From: Botryllus schlosseri
Taxonomy: Eukaryota
Reading direction: 5' to 3'
NCBI GenBank assembly: GCA_051294905.1
Contig: CM119373.1
Location: forward strand, 5,706,001-5,770,000
Length of the DNA stretch: 64,000 nucleotides
The position numbers and the translations under genes were made by a program. The notes beneath the pieces are model-generated. The model worked only from the letters and a program-made list of their open reading frames with translations. It ran no database searches and had not been told where the DNA came from. This document shows positions 12,501 through 25,213 of the stretch, one piece after another. Within the stretch, counting starts at the first letter, position 1. The number at the start of each line of letters is the position of its first letter.

Positions 12501-15500
12501 GCTTATCCTTATTTCTATATACTTCCATGGAAAATCAATTTTATTATACGATTGAAATATCCAATATTATTCGTTATTCTTATATGTGGTGGAGTGATGA
12601 CCTGCGTGTGGATTCGATATTTATTGAGGAAGCAGTCTCTGTCCTGATTGGGTAAACTTAAATCGCTTGTTTTGACTAATGCTATGGTATGTTACATTCT
12701 ACCCCAAGTTAATCACTTCTGAGTTGGAGCCTTCGCAGTAGCGCGGCTACCTGTCAACAACCTTTTAGGACTTTTAGGATATTAATCTGACTTTGCTGCA
12801 GTCACTAGAATATGTTGTTAAACATTACCAAATATCAAAATTTATCCTATATCTTCTCCAACAATCGTTTAATGACCTAACTACTAAGTTTGCAACTTTT
12901 TGGCACGATTTGCGCGATTATGCTATATTAGTGGTTTAAGCGTGGTCGATATCGCCCCCCCAGCGGCCGATTTTGGGAAACAAGTGGGCGCAAATACCGA
13001 TATAGATGACTGGGGAGTGATAGGGGGCAAACATCCTAGAAAATTTTAGATATTAGTAATGAACACGGTCAAAAAATGTACATGAAGACGGCTTGTTCTG
13101 CATATGACGTGAAAAAAGGTTAACTCGACGTAAAGTTGACGCAGAAAACGGTTTTCTGAGCACCTACTACCTCGGAAAATGTACTTTTTTTGTAAATTCT
13201 CCAGGGATTAGAGTTAGATGAATAAACTTCTCGATTAATTTCCTCTTTTTTAAATTCGAAAATACGGAAGGGGAAAAAGCTGGGAAGCACTGTGCTAGAT
13301 GGCCATGTTTCCAGTCCAGTGTGAAGACTGAAGATTGATCCGGAGAGATATCATTTTATAGAATACTTACAATCGTTGTTATGGCTGGTAGCTGTTGACA
13401 CTGTAGCTTCTATTAAATGCGTTAAGTTGATAGTCACGTTAATTGTAATCATTCTTGATATCAAACTTTGTTGTTACATAGCATGTCAAAATTATGACTA
13501 AATTATTTGGTAATATATATATATTGCACAGCACGCAAGGTTTAATATTGTATTGGACACTATAGTTTTGCGTGTTTGGTATAACAAGCTTCAGCGATAG
13601 CAGCAGTTTTGAACGCCTATAGTTTATTATAGTTTAGTTCATATTTTCTGTATTTCGGATATCATATGATGAAATAAGTAAGTACCAGACATTAGACACG
13701 ACTGCCGATAAAATCAGGAGAGTTCGAATCTGAGCTCATGAATATTTTAAAACATGTGAATTGGAACGACATATTTGTACAGGATACTGGAGACGAGATG
13801 AATTACTACATGCGTGTACCAATGATTGAATAATATGATATACGCAACTTTGAATAAGGAGGCCTATTCCGAATCTCTGTACTTGGTAGAATCACTAAGA
13901 GGCACTGTAATTCGGAAGCATGGTGTTTACTTGGACATAACACGCATTTGTAATGGCAAATAGAAAATAAATAGCAATTTTAGGAAATTCTACTATAGAC
14001 AAATGTTAAATTATGCTGTAGGCCTATACTCACCAATGATATGTTGAGCAGCAGTGACCGAAGACGTAACGTTCATAAACTCAGCTGTACTGGATTCAGT
14101 GTATGATAACGTCAACGGCCCTTGGTGGTAGTAAAATATTAATGAACTTGAATTGATACAATTTTTCATATGTGGATATCAGCGTCGCACACATCATGCC
14201 AAAATTACCCATTCCACTTCGTATATTTGCCCACATAATTGAGGTCAATTGTAATAATTATGAGTTCTCCGCGTTTGATATAGTAAATTTTCACGATAAT
14301 ATCCATTTCGCGTCTAATTCTACGGCGTATATACTGTCGCAAGGACTAAATACTTTGAGGTCTACTTACCAATATAAGATTTGGCAGCATTTGTCAATGT
14401 CATAACTTGTACCGAATCGATTGTGGAGGCATCACTGTCGATTCCTTTTGATGGCGCTGAACATTATTAAATTGCTATGATTGCTAGTACCAAACTATTT
14501 CTGCACCTAATGTCAGAATGATTAACGATATAGAACTATATGGACAGGGACCATGGTAGATACGGTTAGGCACTGTAAGGCTTGTTAGACACATAGTAAG
14601 TTCTGAAAATTGTACGAAGTATGCATTTACTTGTATGGTGATTTTTGTAGCGGAAGGAAATGTGTACGTAATATATTTACGAAGATCATCTTCATCAACT
14701 GTGGTGACTGTGATTACGCCTATTGAATTCGATTTAGTTGATATCACGCATGCCAGTTTAGTTTTTATATTCATATCAACGCTATGAGTATATACCATGT
14801 TAGAATATGATTCATTGAGTTGATTATACTTAACTATAATCTATGTAATGAATGTGACAGTATTAATATAATTTATTACATGGATCAGGAGCCGTTTGTA
14901 TGAAGCATGTTAAAATATATATATGTATGTCAAAATATTACGAACTGGCGTGCCAAACAGTGTGATAACTTCAATATTATTCGAAATTATAATGAATTGC
15001 CTGTCTTGATATACCTAGTCTCGACTCATATAACTTGGACAATACACATATTGACTCGACTCGCATTCCTCTGAAGGGGGGGGGGGTGCGAAGCTGCGGT
15101 CAACAGAAAGCTTTTCTCCCGCTTCTCGCGATTTACGTCCATTTGTTATTACTCCGTCTATAGTCCGGATTTCGTATTTTAGAATTATCTCATAACCTAT
15201 CAATAGCTTCCATACCATGAAATTACCAGTCGGGATTGCTAGCATTCTGGTTGCATTTTGTGATATGACGATAAGTTGGGCGCGAAATTTTTCACTTTCG
15301 TGAAGGGGGACGTGTCTATAAAAGTTTGAGAACCACTGCATTACATGTTTGAGTTTCACACACAGAACACGAGCGTGAGCTCCAAGTTTACGCGATCCTG
15401 AGATATAACCCTAATGATGGAGTCCACGAGGTAGAATTAAGTCAGTGATATAAAACTCCTTGTGCTTTGTTGAATGCGTCTTAGGCGTAGTGTCAATTAT

Positions 15501-18500
15501 GTCTTGACTTCTATAGTGAATTTTGATGCGTGTGTAAAGCAGAGTTGGATCAATTACATTATTTCAGTTCAATTACAATTACAATTACAATTACTTTCAT
15601 GCATGTTACAATTACATTACAATTACAATTACTCCATGCTAAAAATATCAAATTACAATTGCTGCTGTTGAACATGTAATTGAATAATCATAAATTCAAC
15701 CGTGCTCCTTGACAACCGTAGCGTCGTATTTAACAACAATTCAAGTCTAGTTCAGATTGTGTAGTAATAAATGCGTTTATGTGCGTACATAGTATGATAT
15801 GTAAGATGTCATTGTGACGTAATATAAGCGTGTTTTGTATGCTCGGTAATTATGGCTCACGTAATTGGAAAAGTAAAATGTTATTTACCTAATTTCCTAT
15901 GGGTTAGGATTAAGGATAGGGTGCAGTATGTCGTTGAAAAAGTATTATAATATATGCACGTGTTGGATTTGCGTATAGTATATAATTAAAGAAATAATAT
16001 TATTTTTATCGAGGGACGTAGGAATTAGGATGAGGAGTAAAAACAAAACCGTGCTCTGTCAGATAAGACGTTATATAATATCCAGTGGTCTGGTTAGTTA
16101 GCCTGACGAAGTAACGATGCAGCATCGTGATCTGAAATCGTATTGTAGATTGCCAACCCACGGATAGATGCGCAAGATGTGAGTCACGGATGAATGCACC
16201 GACAAACGTACTGCAGAGCCGGCTAAAAGCAGCAAACTTTGTAGTCCTAGAGCTGGCGATCCATGCGTCCAAATTTGATGCATCTGGTCTTAATCGTAAG
16301 CTATTGATGTACTAATTCCGAAAATACAAAATAAAATCTCGTCAGGGCAATGTAACTGCTCCAAAATAGCCGTTTAAGGCCGACTGTTCTGAAAAGTGAG
16401 AGCGCTGCAGCAGCATGACCACAACAATACCAATTACGCCCAGCGATTGTTCAGAACAATGCCGATTCCCAGACTTTCACGACTATTTTGGGATGGCACC
16501 ATTGCCTGGAAATATACTTTTATTGCGGAATCAGTGCGACACTAGCTTTCGATTAGGACCATACATATCAAATTTCGACGCTTGGATCGCCAGCTATGGG
16601 ACTATCAATTCTGCTGCTTTTAGCCGGCTCAGCAGTTCGCTTCTCGGCGTATTCAATCATGAGTCACGTGTTGCGAATCCATCCGTTGGTTAGTAATCTA
16701 AAAATTGTATACAATGGCAGCCGAGGCCAGCATAGCGGTGAAAATTAAAAAAAATTCGCCCGCAAGGGCACAGTCAAGGGCTTCCGCGAATGAATCCACC
16801 AAATTCCTTGTCGACATTTAAAGAGAATGCATTATAAGTCAATTATTTTATGTTGTGCTTATCAGGTTTCAATAGCAATTTAATGTAATTGAAATTGTAA
16901 TTGATCAAAATTTTTGTCAAATTACAATTACAATTACAATTACACAAAATAAAAATGCTTCAATTACAATTACATTACAATTACATTGAAAAATGTAATT
17001 AATTACATTCAATTACAAATTACAATTGATCCAACTCTGGTGTAAAGTCCTGCAATATCGACTTACCAGTATCTGGTTCCGCTGTAGCTGTCAATGTCGT
17101 AACTTGTACCGAGTCGGTTGAGAGGGTATCCCCATGGAGTACCGTGGAAGAACCTGTATATCAATTTAATGGTAATAGTTGCTAAAATGAAAGTTTTGCC
17201 TACAGCTCGATTTTAGAATTGTCCAAGATATATATCAATTTGAACAGGGATCATAGTGGTCAAGGTTGTAAGCGTGTAGGGTTGCATGTTGGCAATGGTC
17301 AGTTCTAGCAATAGGTTACTATGAATTATGGTTTTATTTTTACGATGAACTTAGAAAACGAAAGAAACGTCTACGCAAGCTCTTTACGAATATCAAGCTC
17401 ACCAGCAGTGGTGAATGTGGTAGCTTCTATCGAATCAGACGTGGTGGAATCGCTAGGCGTTACCGTCGATATCTCTGAAAATCAATTTGGTTGTTTTATT
17501 CGTATCAAGACTAAGAGAATTCCTATCTTGTAAATCATGCATTAAATTTAATATATATGTTTATAATCTGTATAATGAATAAATACTTTGCTGATCATTA
17601 ATCTCGCGAGTTCAGTATACTAAACTCGCGAGATATTGCCAATTTTGCGTTGGCCACAATATTCAATTTTACTATGCAATGTATTCTACGTGTTCTACTT
17701 ACCAGCATCCGGTTCCCCAGCACTGGTAGATGTGGTAACGTCAATCGAATCAATTGTGGTGGAATCACTATATGATTCTGTCGATAAATCTGAAATGTTA
17801 ATCTTGAATATACGTTACTGTTGATAAAAAGTTTGGGATATATCGGCATTTACCAATTTGTTACATACATATTGATTTATTAATTTCCTTCGACGTGATA
17901 TTTGCAAACTATGCAAGCTCAATTGCATGGATATTGAAAATACAATAAACAATAGGTTCGAGATGATACGAAAATGGTGTAAAAGTGGGCCTATATATCA
18001 GGGCTGTGGAGTCGGAGTCGGAGTCGGTGGAGTCGGAGTCGGGGTAATTTTCGCTTGATGGAGTCGGAGTCGGAGTCGGAGTCGTGAAAACTATAATAGC
18101 TGGAGTCGGAGTCGGAGTCGGAGTCGGTGGGAAAATACTGACTGGAGTCGGAGTCGGAGTTTGTGAGAATGACCCTGACTTCGACTCCGACTCCGACTCC
18201 AACTTCTCTATCATGAAAACATTTGCTATCAAAGAATTTTCCATAGAATTTTTATGTACCACCAATCACTGTATTAATAACCAATTAACCATACAGATCA
18301 GGTGCGGCCAGCCCGTGGCACGCAGGCCAAATTTGGCACAGGAGAAGGTTATGTTTGGCCTGCGAGGTAATTCTCGAAATTATATTTGACATCAGGTACA
18401 ATTGCAAGGCCAACCAAAATTTGATTAGCATGACCGCGAAATTTGATGATGACTAAAACAACAGTTCTGACGCATTGACGTATCCAGGGGCCAGCCACAT

Positions 18501-21500
18501 TTATCCCAGATCTTTGTATATGACCATAAAGTAGAATATTTCATAGCAGATTTATTTGACTTGAAATTTTTCTCGGTACTTCGCATGATTCATTGTCACT
18601 AGATTTCTTGCATTCAGTATCTGAGCCCACTTCTGAAAATTTTAAATACATATTATTCACAGAGTTGAGTCTAACTATATTCGCAATTAGGAGATAACGT
18701 GTCGTCCAACATGCGGCTTCGCTTGTGCACTCGCAGCGAGATCGTTGACAAGACATTTGCACAAAATGATAGAGGCATGTTCATTGTTCATTGTTCACTG
18801 ATACCGTCGATTTTGCTATGTCTAAATGTCGAATAATCCTGTCCTTGCCAAATGAGCCCAGTGGTATACAGATGCGACCCCCAATGTATGTTAGCGACAT
18901 ATTTATTGATATAGCCTTATTCAGTCGTTATCTTGCAAAAAAATTTCGCGCTTCGCGCGACCAGGGCCTGATTGCGCACTGCACAGTTGCATGACATATT
19001 GTTAGCAATTTTAGAGCGTATTAATATAAGTCTTGTTTGCAATGTTCCCTAATTAGGTTCGCTCCTATCGACGACTAAAATAAGGTTATCAACATTCCAG
19101 TTGCCCGCGTAATTGTTCGTAAATCTCAGGTGTCGCTTTCGCCGAAAAAGTTGCCCACCCCTGATATAGATAAAATTAGACATTACTTGCAAATTACAAC
19201 TCAGTTGCAGAGGGAAAGAAAATCGCAAGATGCGTTTTCGCGATGCGGTCAAAATTTATGCAATTTTTGGAATTATACCATGATACTGTGACAGAGCAAA
19301 TGCATCGGCTGGTTTTGTAAAATTGTAAAATTGATGTAAATATGACCAAACGATGCTTCCCACTCGACAAAATTAAAATATTTGTAGTGTAGCTTAGCTG
19401 TTTGGGTCGAACAAATGATTAAGAAAGACTGCAAGTCCCAATCCTTGAATACTTGATTAAGTACATGTAGACTAGACATAGGCTGTGGTCTTTGACTACT
19501 TAACTAAATTCCATTCATGACCAATGTATATTAGTAGTAAGAGTGTGTGTGCTTGTAATCAGGATAGTGTGCAATGACAAAATTAGTAAGTTCAATCTCT
19601 TTATTAGTTGCTGACTCATACACAAGAGCTACACTTGGATTTTTTATCTACATTTTTATTATACAGGATTGGATATCTGCCATATTTGAATGATTCATAT
19701 ATTTCAGGATATTAGAGAGTCCATGTTATAAAAACTTGAAAAAGGAAGGATATTTAGCAAATCTTTCTTTCATGTTAATTGCATAGTGGATAATTCGAGC
19801 TGTTCCACAATGAAACAATTTAGCATGCCACCGTTAATCATATGTTTGCATATGTTTAATGGTTGTATGATAGTCATTCAACCGACAATGTGGCATATAA
19901 TTTTCGAAGTAAATCGGTAATAATGCTGGAGTCGGAGTCGGGAGTCGGAGTCGGAGTCGGTACGTTTAAAGACCCAGGAGTCGGAGTCGGAGTCGGAGTC
20001 GGTACGTTTAAAGACTCAGGAGTCGGAGTCGGAGTCGGTATATTGAAAATGTGTGGAGTCGGAGTCGGAGCCGGAGTCGGTGGTAAAATTTACCGACTCC
20101 ACAGCCCTGCTATATATACAAGAGACACAAATTGCGACAGTGGAGTGGGACACCTGGTACTTATATCCGTTGTGCGATATACAACGTTAAAATGGAATCT
20201 CGAAACACGAATAATCTCGTCCCTTGATGCTGATTTGTTCACTGAATGGAAAGTAACGAAACTGAGTTTGCATACCTTTATTTTGCATGTATGAGATATG
20301 AGCCCATTAGAAAAAAAGCTTTACTCTGCATCCACTTCCTGTCACCTTCCATCATGCTCACAACAATGTTTACACAAAGGGGCTTAATTTGCATTGTGTG
20401 TATTCAACACGCAGTTCACTTATTGTTACCCGTCAATACTTTTGAATGGGATTCCGCGCATATTCGCGATTGTAATAGTTTCCCGATCACCTATGCGGTA
20501 TGTGTATTGTATATGTATTTCTGAGCGCATATCAATTCAACCACAAGGCCATAACATTAGGGTTACCATACGTCCTCTTTTATGAGGATTTGTCCTCCTT
20601 TTTCAGGTTTTTGAAAATGTTCTCCGATGACGCCTACATGTCCTCCTTTTTGGCAATTCGTCCTCCTTTACAGCTTTTAGAGCTAAGATAGTGGATAGAT
20701 TCGAGTGAAAATGGACATAAATGACGCCAAATTGGAAATTCGTGGTTCGAACGAAAGTGACGACCGTAAAGTGTGCAAGAAAAACTGTAATTATGGAGTT
20801 GAGCCGGAAAGTTGACCACGAAGTGAAAAAAATTTACCATTTTTCAGGATTTTCCTCCGGTATTCTAAGTTTGAAAATTTCCCGATTCCAAACTATGGTA
20901 ACCCTACATAACATCAATAAATGAAGCAAAACAAGGGCAGCATTACTTTGCAATATAATGAAAGTCCGTATTTCTGAAATTGGTTCATGATAAATTAATT
21001 AGCAAACTTCGATATGCGAATGAGTAAAATGAGGCCGAATTAAATCACCTAACCCCGAAGACATCTGAGTTGGATTGAAGTACGCGTGCTCACAAAAGAG
21101 ATAAAGAAGATAATAATGGACAAAAGAAGCAAGTCAATGACCAAATTTCTAATATATCAATCCTTGAAACAAAAAGACAAAAAGGTTGGGAACCACTGGT
21201 GTATAGGCTTCATAATGCAGCTTTCTAGCGAAAATCAAATATATTGACTTGACTGCGACTTTTGCCAACATTTGACCAGATATGTAGCCTACGTTTTTCA
21301 TAAAAAACATACGAGTCTGGCCTGCCATTCAAATTGAGGTAAACATGCTTGGCAAAGATAGACCGTTCGGCGCCCCGTAATTAAAAGACGACACGCGTGT
21401 AAGCGAAGGAATATAGTGAGGTCTGCTGTCTGCAATCATATGGTATATTTCGGACACTGTGAGGTACGCATATATCGATTTTACATGTGGTCCTTGGCCA

Positions 21501-23618
21501 TGTGGTCATAATGGCTATCCTCATTACTCGTCGGTTATGGGCTAATAATTGTTGATGCGGCAGTGAAACGTTGTCCGTTCTCTGAGGTATAATGCATAAT
21601 TGTTTTTTGTAGGAAAATATACCCAGTAGAGTAGGTGATTCTGTGTAACATTACCTGATATCTTAGCTTCACCACTTTTTCGCTCCACAAGTTTCTGCAA
21701 GCTTGTCACAACGCTTTCAAGAGATCTACCGGACTGTAACTTTGAAATCAATAATTATAAATACCAAGGGAACGTCATTACTTCCGCCTATTACCGGTGA
21801 CACTATTTTAGAACGGCAATACATTCTGTTAAGATTAAAATAGTCAATGTTTGTCGGGAACGCAGCGAATCGAAAGAGGTGTGATACGTAAACTTGAACT
21901 GAGTAAGCGTGAGTGCCCTAATTTAAGGAACGCTATACTTGTATCTGTAATGTTTTCCTTCATGCCTATGAATTCCTAACAAATCCCTTCATGTCCCCCA
22001 TACACACCTCGCATTTTCCAAGCGTAATCCAACGGCCATTGACGTAGCTCCGACTGCAGTATCCGTCTGAACGTACAAGAAGTATAGCGTCTCTAATAAT
22101 ATGAATAACATTTTCAACATTCGCGCTCGAGTCAAATCTCGAACGAAGTGATAGGTTGTAGTATATAATTTGGATAACACGATAAGTAACTGCACATTGA
22201 TTCGACTACAATATGCAATTATATGCAGGCCGATCTCTGAACAGGGAACACGTACATCTTCCACAAAACAAGCCCTAAATAACATCTGGAGCAACCCAGA
22301 TTCGTTCACTGCTTCGCTGACTTGGTTCGCTACGTGTCACGCTAGTCGACTTTTCTATCCATACCGCTTGGACCAGGATACCTAAACAAGCGGGTCGAGG
22401 ACATTTTATGCGGCCAGCCTCGAAAGCAAGTACGGCAACAATTTTATTTAAATATTTACAAATGTGTTTTTTTCGTGCCGGGCCTCAATTGCTGCATAGT
22501 AAATCGCATTTACACCATGAGTGTGGAATGTCATTCTGTAAGTTCGTGTCAAATAAGATTTTCTCGCCGACTTGGAAATACATTAAACATCCCATTATGC
22601 TGCGGTCTGCGACGTCATAAAATGCTAGATAATTTTTCCTCGAAGATATTCGAGTTTGATAACCCTGTCGGATAATTTGTCTTATATAACTTATCGTGTC
22701 ATAATTTGGGTTATGGATCACACATGGTCGATTTCAGGAAAGGCACCCATATGGATAGACTTATAGATCATCAGCGAAATACTTCTGCGTCTCTATTCAA
22801 ATGGTTATATATTAGAAAAGCCAACCCAATACTACTACGACGGTTTTCGCAACCGAACGGCTTACATTCACATTTTCAGATTGTAAATTATTTTCAAATA
22901 GTTCTTGATTACAATTACATCATTTCTACAAGTGTAAATGTCATATATACTAACCTGGCAATGAAACCCATACTCTATATATGAAAATATCGTTTCAAGA
23001 ATTGCTCTAATTAGTTGCAACTATGGGATCAACTCTACGTTAGACGCTATGAGGGATGTTGGATTCTTGAAATGCGGTACCGATAACCTTTCATTTCAAT
23101 AGGCGTACTTCCAGTCGTTTTGACTCGTCTTAATGATCGCTACTTTACCTACCTTTTGATTGATGAGTAGATAGCAATTAATTAATGTTATTTGTGCTCA
23201 TGAATTAGCGATGATTTCTGCGAACACCTCCAACCACTAGCCGTGTATGTAATGTATACAGAGGATGTCATTTACGCAATGTCTATTATGCGAATTGATT
23301 GTTCGTGAGTGGAACTTCGAGTTCATTAACTGTTAATTTATGATAATATCTGCAGATAATACATTCTGCAACCTCATGTTGGCACCATCTCCAATCTTAA
23401 TCAAGGCGATATGATGTAAAAAGAACACAGTTCAACTTCAAGTAAATGCTGTAGCGCCACTTTTTGTGGCGAGGCGACTCCGAATAACATTATAAAGACA
23501 CGAAAACAGAAATACTTACAGTGCTCTACTTACTAGATGAGCCGGATATAGTCATGATACGGGCATTCACTATCACTGTCGCTGTTACTGTTGCGAAGAG
23601 CAGCGGGTACAGGGCCAT
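9383..23618 (-). CDS. Gene B: 11-exon secreted modular protein (signal peptide, Cys-motif exon, helical neck, Ser/Thr-rich mucin-like stalk, C-type-lectin-fold-like head), 353 aa
   Basis: Hand-built model. Exons (minus strand): 23618-23534, 22066-22008, 21733-21655, 17789-17703, 17474-17403, 17153-17067, 14456-14370, 14120-14034, 12369-12268, 11942-11745, 9501-9383. Every intron is GT-AG, all phases are compatible, and the total is 1062 nt with a single terminal TAA. Exons 2-3 have clear paralogues in gene A. Confidence 0.75.
10064..10098. repeat. (CT)n microsatellite
   Basis: Imperfect CT run. Confidence 0.8.
10366..11382 (-). mobile_element. Internally deleted hAT transposon in the last intron of gene B
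   Basis: TIR TAGGGCCATTT / AAATGGCCCTA; perfect TSD ATTATAAC; ATATGACTTT subterminal repeats; carries a transposase C-terminal fragment. Confidence 0.9.
10540..10960 (-). pseudogene. hAT transposase C-terminal fragment
   Basis: ORF 10462..10881 contains PTSASVERSFSLLKSFLRPNRNF, a hAT dimerisation-domain-type ERSFS motif. Confidence 0.8.
11745..11942 (-). CDS. Gene B head domain, first exon (ILHVNIGGTATYGSSKSQCGNQGKRLCSAIEVCNLGTPVYGVLEGDHWIAIQDHNNEWIQIGNAS), C-type-lectin-fold-like
   Basis: 198 nt, phase 1-1, TTTGCAG acceptor and GTAAC donor. The C-x3-G-x-RLCS-x2-E pattern and Trp spacing resemble lectin-fold helix 1/2. Lies inside ORF 11518..12312. Confidence 0.75.
12268..12369 (-). CDS. 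Gene B linker exon (STMKTFSTVSHSPRNQSSIEQGCGVDSDAKPAA)
   Basis: 102 nt, phase 1-1, TTTTAG acceptor and GTGAGT donor, open frame. Confidence 0.65.
12929..13292. mobile_element. Degenerate hAT MITE
   Basis: Decayed TIRs TAGTGGTTT / GGGAAGCACTG; TSD TGCTATAT/TGCTAGAT. Confidence 0.65.
14034..14120 (-). CDS. Gene B stalk exon (PLTLSYTESSTAEFMNVTSSVTAAQHII)
   Basis: 87 nt, phase 1-1, weaker CCAAG acceptor and GTGAGT donor. Confidence 0.65.
14370..14456 (-). CDS. Gene B stalk exon (PSKGIDSDASTIDSVQVMTLTNAAKSYI)
   Basis: 87 nt, phase 1-1, TTCAG acceptor and GTAAGT donor; shares DSVQVxTLT with 17067-17153. Confidence 0.75.
15075..15338 (-). mobile_element. Truncated hAT MITE, same family as 54670-54944
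   Basis: Ends in TTTGAGAACCACTG; its reverse complement matches 54670-54780 (AAAAATTTCGCG..TTATCGTCATATCACAAAATGCAAC). Confidence 0.65.
15540..17039. mobile_element. Non-autonomous hAT element with (CAATTA)n subterminal arrays
   Basis: TIR CAGAGTTGGATCAATT; perfect TSD GTGTAAAG. Confidence 0.92.
17067..17153 (-). CDS. Gene B Ser/Thr-rich stalk exon (SSTVLHGDTLSTDSVQVTTLTATAEPDT)
   Basis: 87 nt, phase 1-1, TACAG acceptor and GTAAGT donor. Confidence 0.8.
17403..17474 (-). CDS. Gene B Ser/Thr-rich stalk exon (ISTVTPSDSTTSDSIEATTFTTA)
   Basis: 72 nt, phase 1-1, TTTCAG acceptor and GTGAG donor; similar to 28942-29013. Confidence 0.8.
17703..17789 (-). CDS. Gene B Ser/Thr-rich stalk exon (LSTESYSDSTTIDSIDVTTSTSAGEPDA)
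   Basis: 87 nt, phase 1-1, TTTCAG acceptor and GTAAGT donor. Confidence 0.8.
17999..20109. mobile_element. Non-autonomous hAT element with (GGAGTC)n subterminal arrays
   Basis: TIR CAGGGCTGTGGAGTCGG; perfect TSD CTATATAT; contains nested MITE 18299-19163. Confidence 0.92.
18299..19163. mobile_element. Nested hAT (Charlie-like) MITE
   Basis: CAGGTGCGGCCAG / TTGCCCACCCCTG ends; TSD ATACAGAT/ATATAGAT. Confidence 0.8.
20558..20906. mobile_element. hAT MITE with GTCCTC subterminal motifs
   Basis: TIR TAGGGTTACCATA; perfect TSD CATAACAT. Confidence 0.9.
21655..21733 (-). CDS. Gene B exon 3, helical/coiled-coil-like neck (SGRSLESVVTSLQKLVERKSGEAKIS)
   Basis: 79 nt, TACAG acceptor and GTAATG donor, phase 0 to 1; paralogous to 30936-31014. 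Confidence 0.8.
22008..22066 (-). CDS. Gene B exon 2 (GYCSRSYVNGRWITLGKCE)
   Basis: 59 nt, TTCAG acceptor and GT donor, phase 1 to 0; near-identical peptide to 37249-37307. Confidence 0.85.
23534..23618 (-). CDS. Gene B exon 1, signal-peptide-like (MALYPLLFATVTATVIVNARIMTISGSS)
   Basis: ATG, a hydrophobic stretch, and a phase-1 GTAAGT donor compatible with the next exon. Confidence 0.6.
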
Positions 23619-23740
23619 CCTGATGATCTCGTACGCTCAACACTACTGTTTCGTTACAACTCATTTTCGGCGAAATACTGGGAATCAAGGAAGTTGATCG
23701 TTGAGTCAACACAGCGAAGGGTTTGCTGACTGACGTATCC

Positions 23741-24032
23741 CCTTACACCAGTAGTTGGAAGTAGCATGCTGTGTATTGCAAACAAGCCTCATTGACATTA
23801 TGAAATGCCGCATTATAATGTTAACGTTAATTTGTTCCTCTTCCGTATTGGTAAACCCAGAAGAATCTGTTCATTCTGTACGCCATATTAAAGTACCCCT
23901 ACACCGGTAGTTGTAAATAGCATGCTGGCATTACAAACTCGTCAAGCTTATAAAATGCCGCATTATGATGTGAAAGTTAATTTCTTCCTCTTCCGTGTTG
24001 GTAAATCCCAGAATAATCTATTTATTCTGCGC
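23741..24032. repeat. Diverged tandem duplication (~155-bp unit) just upstream of the gene B start codon
   Basis: TACACC.GTAGTTG..A.TAGCATGCTG...AAATGCCGCATTAT.ATG...TTCCTCTTCCGT.TTGGTAAA occurs twice. Confidence 0.8.
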
Positions 24033-24603
24033 ACAATGGTTAACCTTAGGAGCTAGTGAAATGAGTAAGAATATTTTAGTCGTTCAATATGTAAATCATT
24101 ATTTATCTACTTCACAAGTAGTGAGATAGCGTATAGCAGTACGATGCTACGATCTACAACACCAATAGTTTAGTGGTTGGAGACCGGCCGATGTCAACTT
24201 CTGAATCCCGTCTCAAGTATATTGGAAGTTTATATAGACTTCCCTAGTAATTTGATCTGCGTAAGCGAGGTTTTGAAACATCCTAGAAGTGGGCCTTGCT
24301 ACAAGTCGGCTGTTCCGGAATCAAGATCAATAATATATCGGCCTGGTGTAAATGAACATAGTAGTTGAAATGCATCAGGCATGAATGCCACAAACAACAA
24401 CGTTGATTTACGAAGTCGATTTTAGTAGACACGGGTGGTTGCAATAGCTCAGAAGTGCACGATGGGCGACCCGCAACTGGCATCGTCACGTGACTATTTA
24501 CGAACACCCATCAGCGTAAATTTATGAACGTTTTCAATAATACAATTTTCAACAATAATCCGGCTCAAGTTCGTAGTTTTCACCCACAGACCTAATTCCA
24601 TAT

Positions 24604-25213
24604 CAGGGGTCGCCAACTCAAAACGGCACGCGGGTAACTTTTCAAGTTTCGCGGAGGCCGCGGGCCGCAAGAATGCAAAATCGAGATTAAATATGCCACA
24701 CCGTTCAACAATCGCGTTATTAAAACTTAACGTTAGAATATCGTTGTGCTTTTCAACCTGGGCGACGGGCATAGTTAGTAGTTACCGCAAAGGGAATAAT
24801 ATTATACTAAAGAAATACAAATACAACAAAAAGTAACATGATCATCAATTTTATTCCTAATTGTGTGCCACCTATACGATATCTGACAACGCTTTTCCGT
24901 GATTAAGGAATCGTCATCGAGGCTAGCAAGACAGGGCTCTAGCTGCAAGACTATCTCGCAATGCAATCTTGTGAAGAAGCCCAAAGTCGCTTTAAAAGTT
25001 TTTCGGTCTTGGCAGTATCTGGGCCATTGCACTTCAAGGCCATAAGCGTATTCATATCAGATGATTCTTTCTCGATGGAATGCTGTTGCCATCGCCGAAG
25101 CCGTTTCAGCCTGTGAGGTTCAATGATGTTCGGCACAAGGCAATAGCTTTTTGAACAACAACAATATTTTAAAACTAAAATCAGATCGCGGGCCGCGTGT
25201 TGGTGATCCCCTG
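24604..25213. mobile_element. hAT (Charlie/SPIN-like) MITE
   Basis: CAGGGGTCGCCAAC / GTTGGTGATCCCCTG ends and GCGGGCCGC subterminal motifs; TSD decayed. Confidence 0.75.

Noticed and set aside
15540..17039. Spaced hexamer arrays (also 38143-43969) as CRISPR or telomere-like repeats; QLQL and RLRL ORFs
   Set aside because: There is no repeat-spacer periodicity and no cas genes; the arrays abut TIRs with 8-bp TSDs.
17909..20294. PT-repeat and GV-repeat ORFs (17909..18265, 18084..18389, 19863..20294)
   Set aside because: They are translations of the GGAGTC subterminal arrays of a TIR/TSD-bounded element, not proteins.
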